Source of the DNA: Escherichia coli
GTDB lineage: Bacteria > Pseudomonadota > Gammaproteobacteria > Enterobacterales > Enterobacteriaceae
Assembly: GCF_048403405.1 (NCBI RefSeq)
Contig: NZ_CP183129.1
DNA: 64,000 nucleotides
Direction: 5' to 3' (one strand)
Numbering within the stretch: position 1 is the first letter of the stretch; each line of letters begins with the position of its first letter. The notes below the pieces were generated by a model. The model did no database searches. It was not told the origin of the DNA and saw nothing but the letters and a program-made list of their open reading frames with translations. Shown here piece after piece: positions 62,887 to 64,000 of the stretch. The translations under genes were made by a program, and so were the position numbers.

Positions 62887-63529
62887 TCAGGAACCGGCTA
62901 CTATCCTGCTGATCGACGATCACCCGATGCTGCGAACTGGCGTAAAACAGCTTATCAGTATGGCACCAGATATCACCGTGGTTGGCGAAGCGAGTAATGG
63001 CGAACAGGGTATTGAACTGGCGGAATCTCTTGATCCCGATTTGATCCTGTTAGATCTCAATATGCCCGGCATGAACGGTCTGGAAACGCTGGATAAACTG
63101 CGCGAAAAGTCCCTCTCCGGGCGCATTGTGGTATTCAGCGTTTCTAACCATGAAGAAGATGTGGTCACCGCACTGAAACGCGGCGCGGATGGCTATCTGT
63201 TAAAAGATATGGAACCGGAAGATCTGCTGAAAGCGTTACATCAGGCAGCTGCTGGCGAAATGGTATTAAGCGAAGCATTAACGCCTGTTCTGGCCGCCAG
63301 CTTGCGTGCTAACCGTGCCACTACTGAGCGCGATGTTAACCAGTTAACCCCACGCGAGCGCGATATTCTCAAGCTGATTGCCCAGGGTTTGCCGAACAAG
63401 ATGATTGCCCGCCGCCTGGACATCACCGAAAGCACAGTAAAAGTGCACGTCAAGCACATGCTGAAGAAAATGAAGCTCAAGTCTCGCGTGGAAGCAGCGG
63501 TATGGGTGCATCAGGAGCGCATTTTCTGA
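62879..63529 (+). CDS. narL: nitrate response regulator NarL
   Basis: 216 aa from [19 protein letters not shown]; receiver plus LuxR-type HTH. Confidence 0.95.
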
Positions 63530-64000
63530 TTACGGTTCCCAGCGCAGTTCGTCGTTTGACAATGCATCGAACGGTTCGACAAGCGTTAGCGTGATCTCAT
63601 TGGAGGAGACACGCTGCCCCTGGTTATCTTCCACCACCACCGACAATCGCCAGTGATTGCTCGCCCCTTCCCCGTTCTGCCAGTCAGGCATGATCAGCGT
63701 CCAGCCCTCCACGCTGTTGGCTTGTGCGCCCGGCGTCAAACTTAATATCTGCGTATCGCCCTGCCAAATCAGTTGCCGAATACCGTAACGACTGCGGATT
63801 TGTAATTTCAGCGGCACTGTTTCGCCAGGTTTTAGATCCCACGGAGGTGTCGCCAGAAACACCGTTAACGTTTTTCGCTGTCGGTACTCAAGAGTCGGTA
63901 GATTATTTCGCTGCGGATTGTCATAGCGACTACCACGTAACGACTGACTTTCGGCAACCTCGCCCGCAGAAAGTTGTTTTTTGAGCGGTACACCAAAGCG
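63530..64000 (-). CDS. ychO: ychO-like invasin-family protein, 3' portion only (gene continues beyond window)
   Basis: Open frame running off the window end, convergent with narL; K-12 synteny. Confidence 0.5.
   Translation of the reverse strand, partial: RFGVPLKKQLSAGEVAESQSLRGSRYDNPQRNNLPTLEYRQRKTLTVFLATPPWDLKPGETVPLKLQIRSRYGIRQLIWQGDTQILSLTPGAQANSVEGWTLIMPDWQNGEGASNHWRLSVVVEDNQGQRVSSNEITLTLVEPFDALSNDELRWEP

Overview
The window is E. coli chromosome, inverted relative to the K-12 map. Positions 1..~26170 are the right ~26 kb of a mosaic lambdoid prophage lying beside ompW; its morphogenesis genes and far junction are outside the window. Read right to left it carries int/xis, a ydfE-like exonuclease, dicF/dicB/ydfD, a DicA-like repressor with divergent YdaS/YdaT-like genes, O/P-like replication genes with internal iterons, IS150, a queH-like gene, hokD, a nin-like region, RusA, a Q-like gene, three phage tRNAs, a nanS-like esterase and a pinholin/SAR-endolysin/Rz-Rz1 lysis cassette. 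The rest (26173..64000) is conserved core: ompW, yciCBA, tonB, yciI, kch, yciY, clsA, yciU, an IS200-like insertion, oppFDCBA, ychE, adhE, tdk, hns, galU, rssBA, ychJ, purU, tyrT-tyrV-tpr, narIJHG, narK, narXL and partial ychO. The best candidates for an undescribed system are all prophage cargo: (1) a self-contained two-gene cassette at 11102..12836 (a domain-less 216-aa protein coupled to an HTH-XRE/M78 peptidase fusion); (2) a Hanks-type Ser/Thr kinase plus PP2C phosphatase operon at 6683..8186, in the position where Stx phages carry stx; (3) a tandem pair of ~220-bp structured elements at 5203..5904; (4) a prophage-borne queH-like gene with IS150 28 bp upstream. All calls rest on reading the sequence and recalled family motifs; no database search was run.
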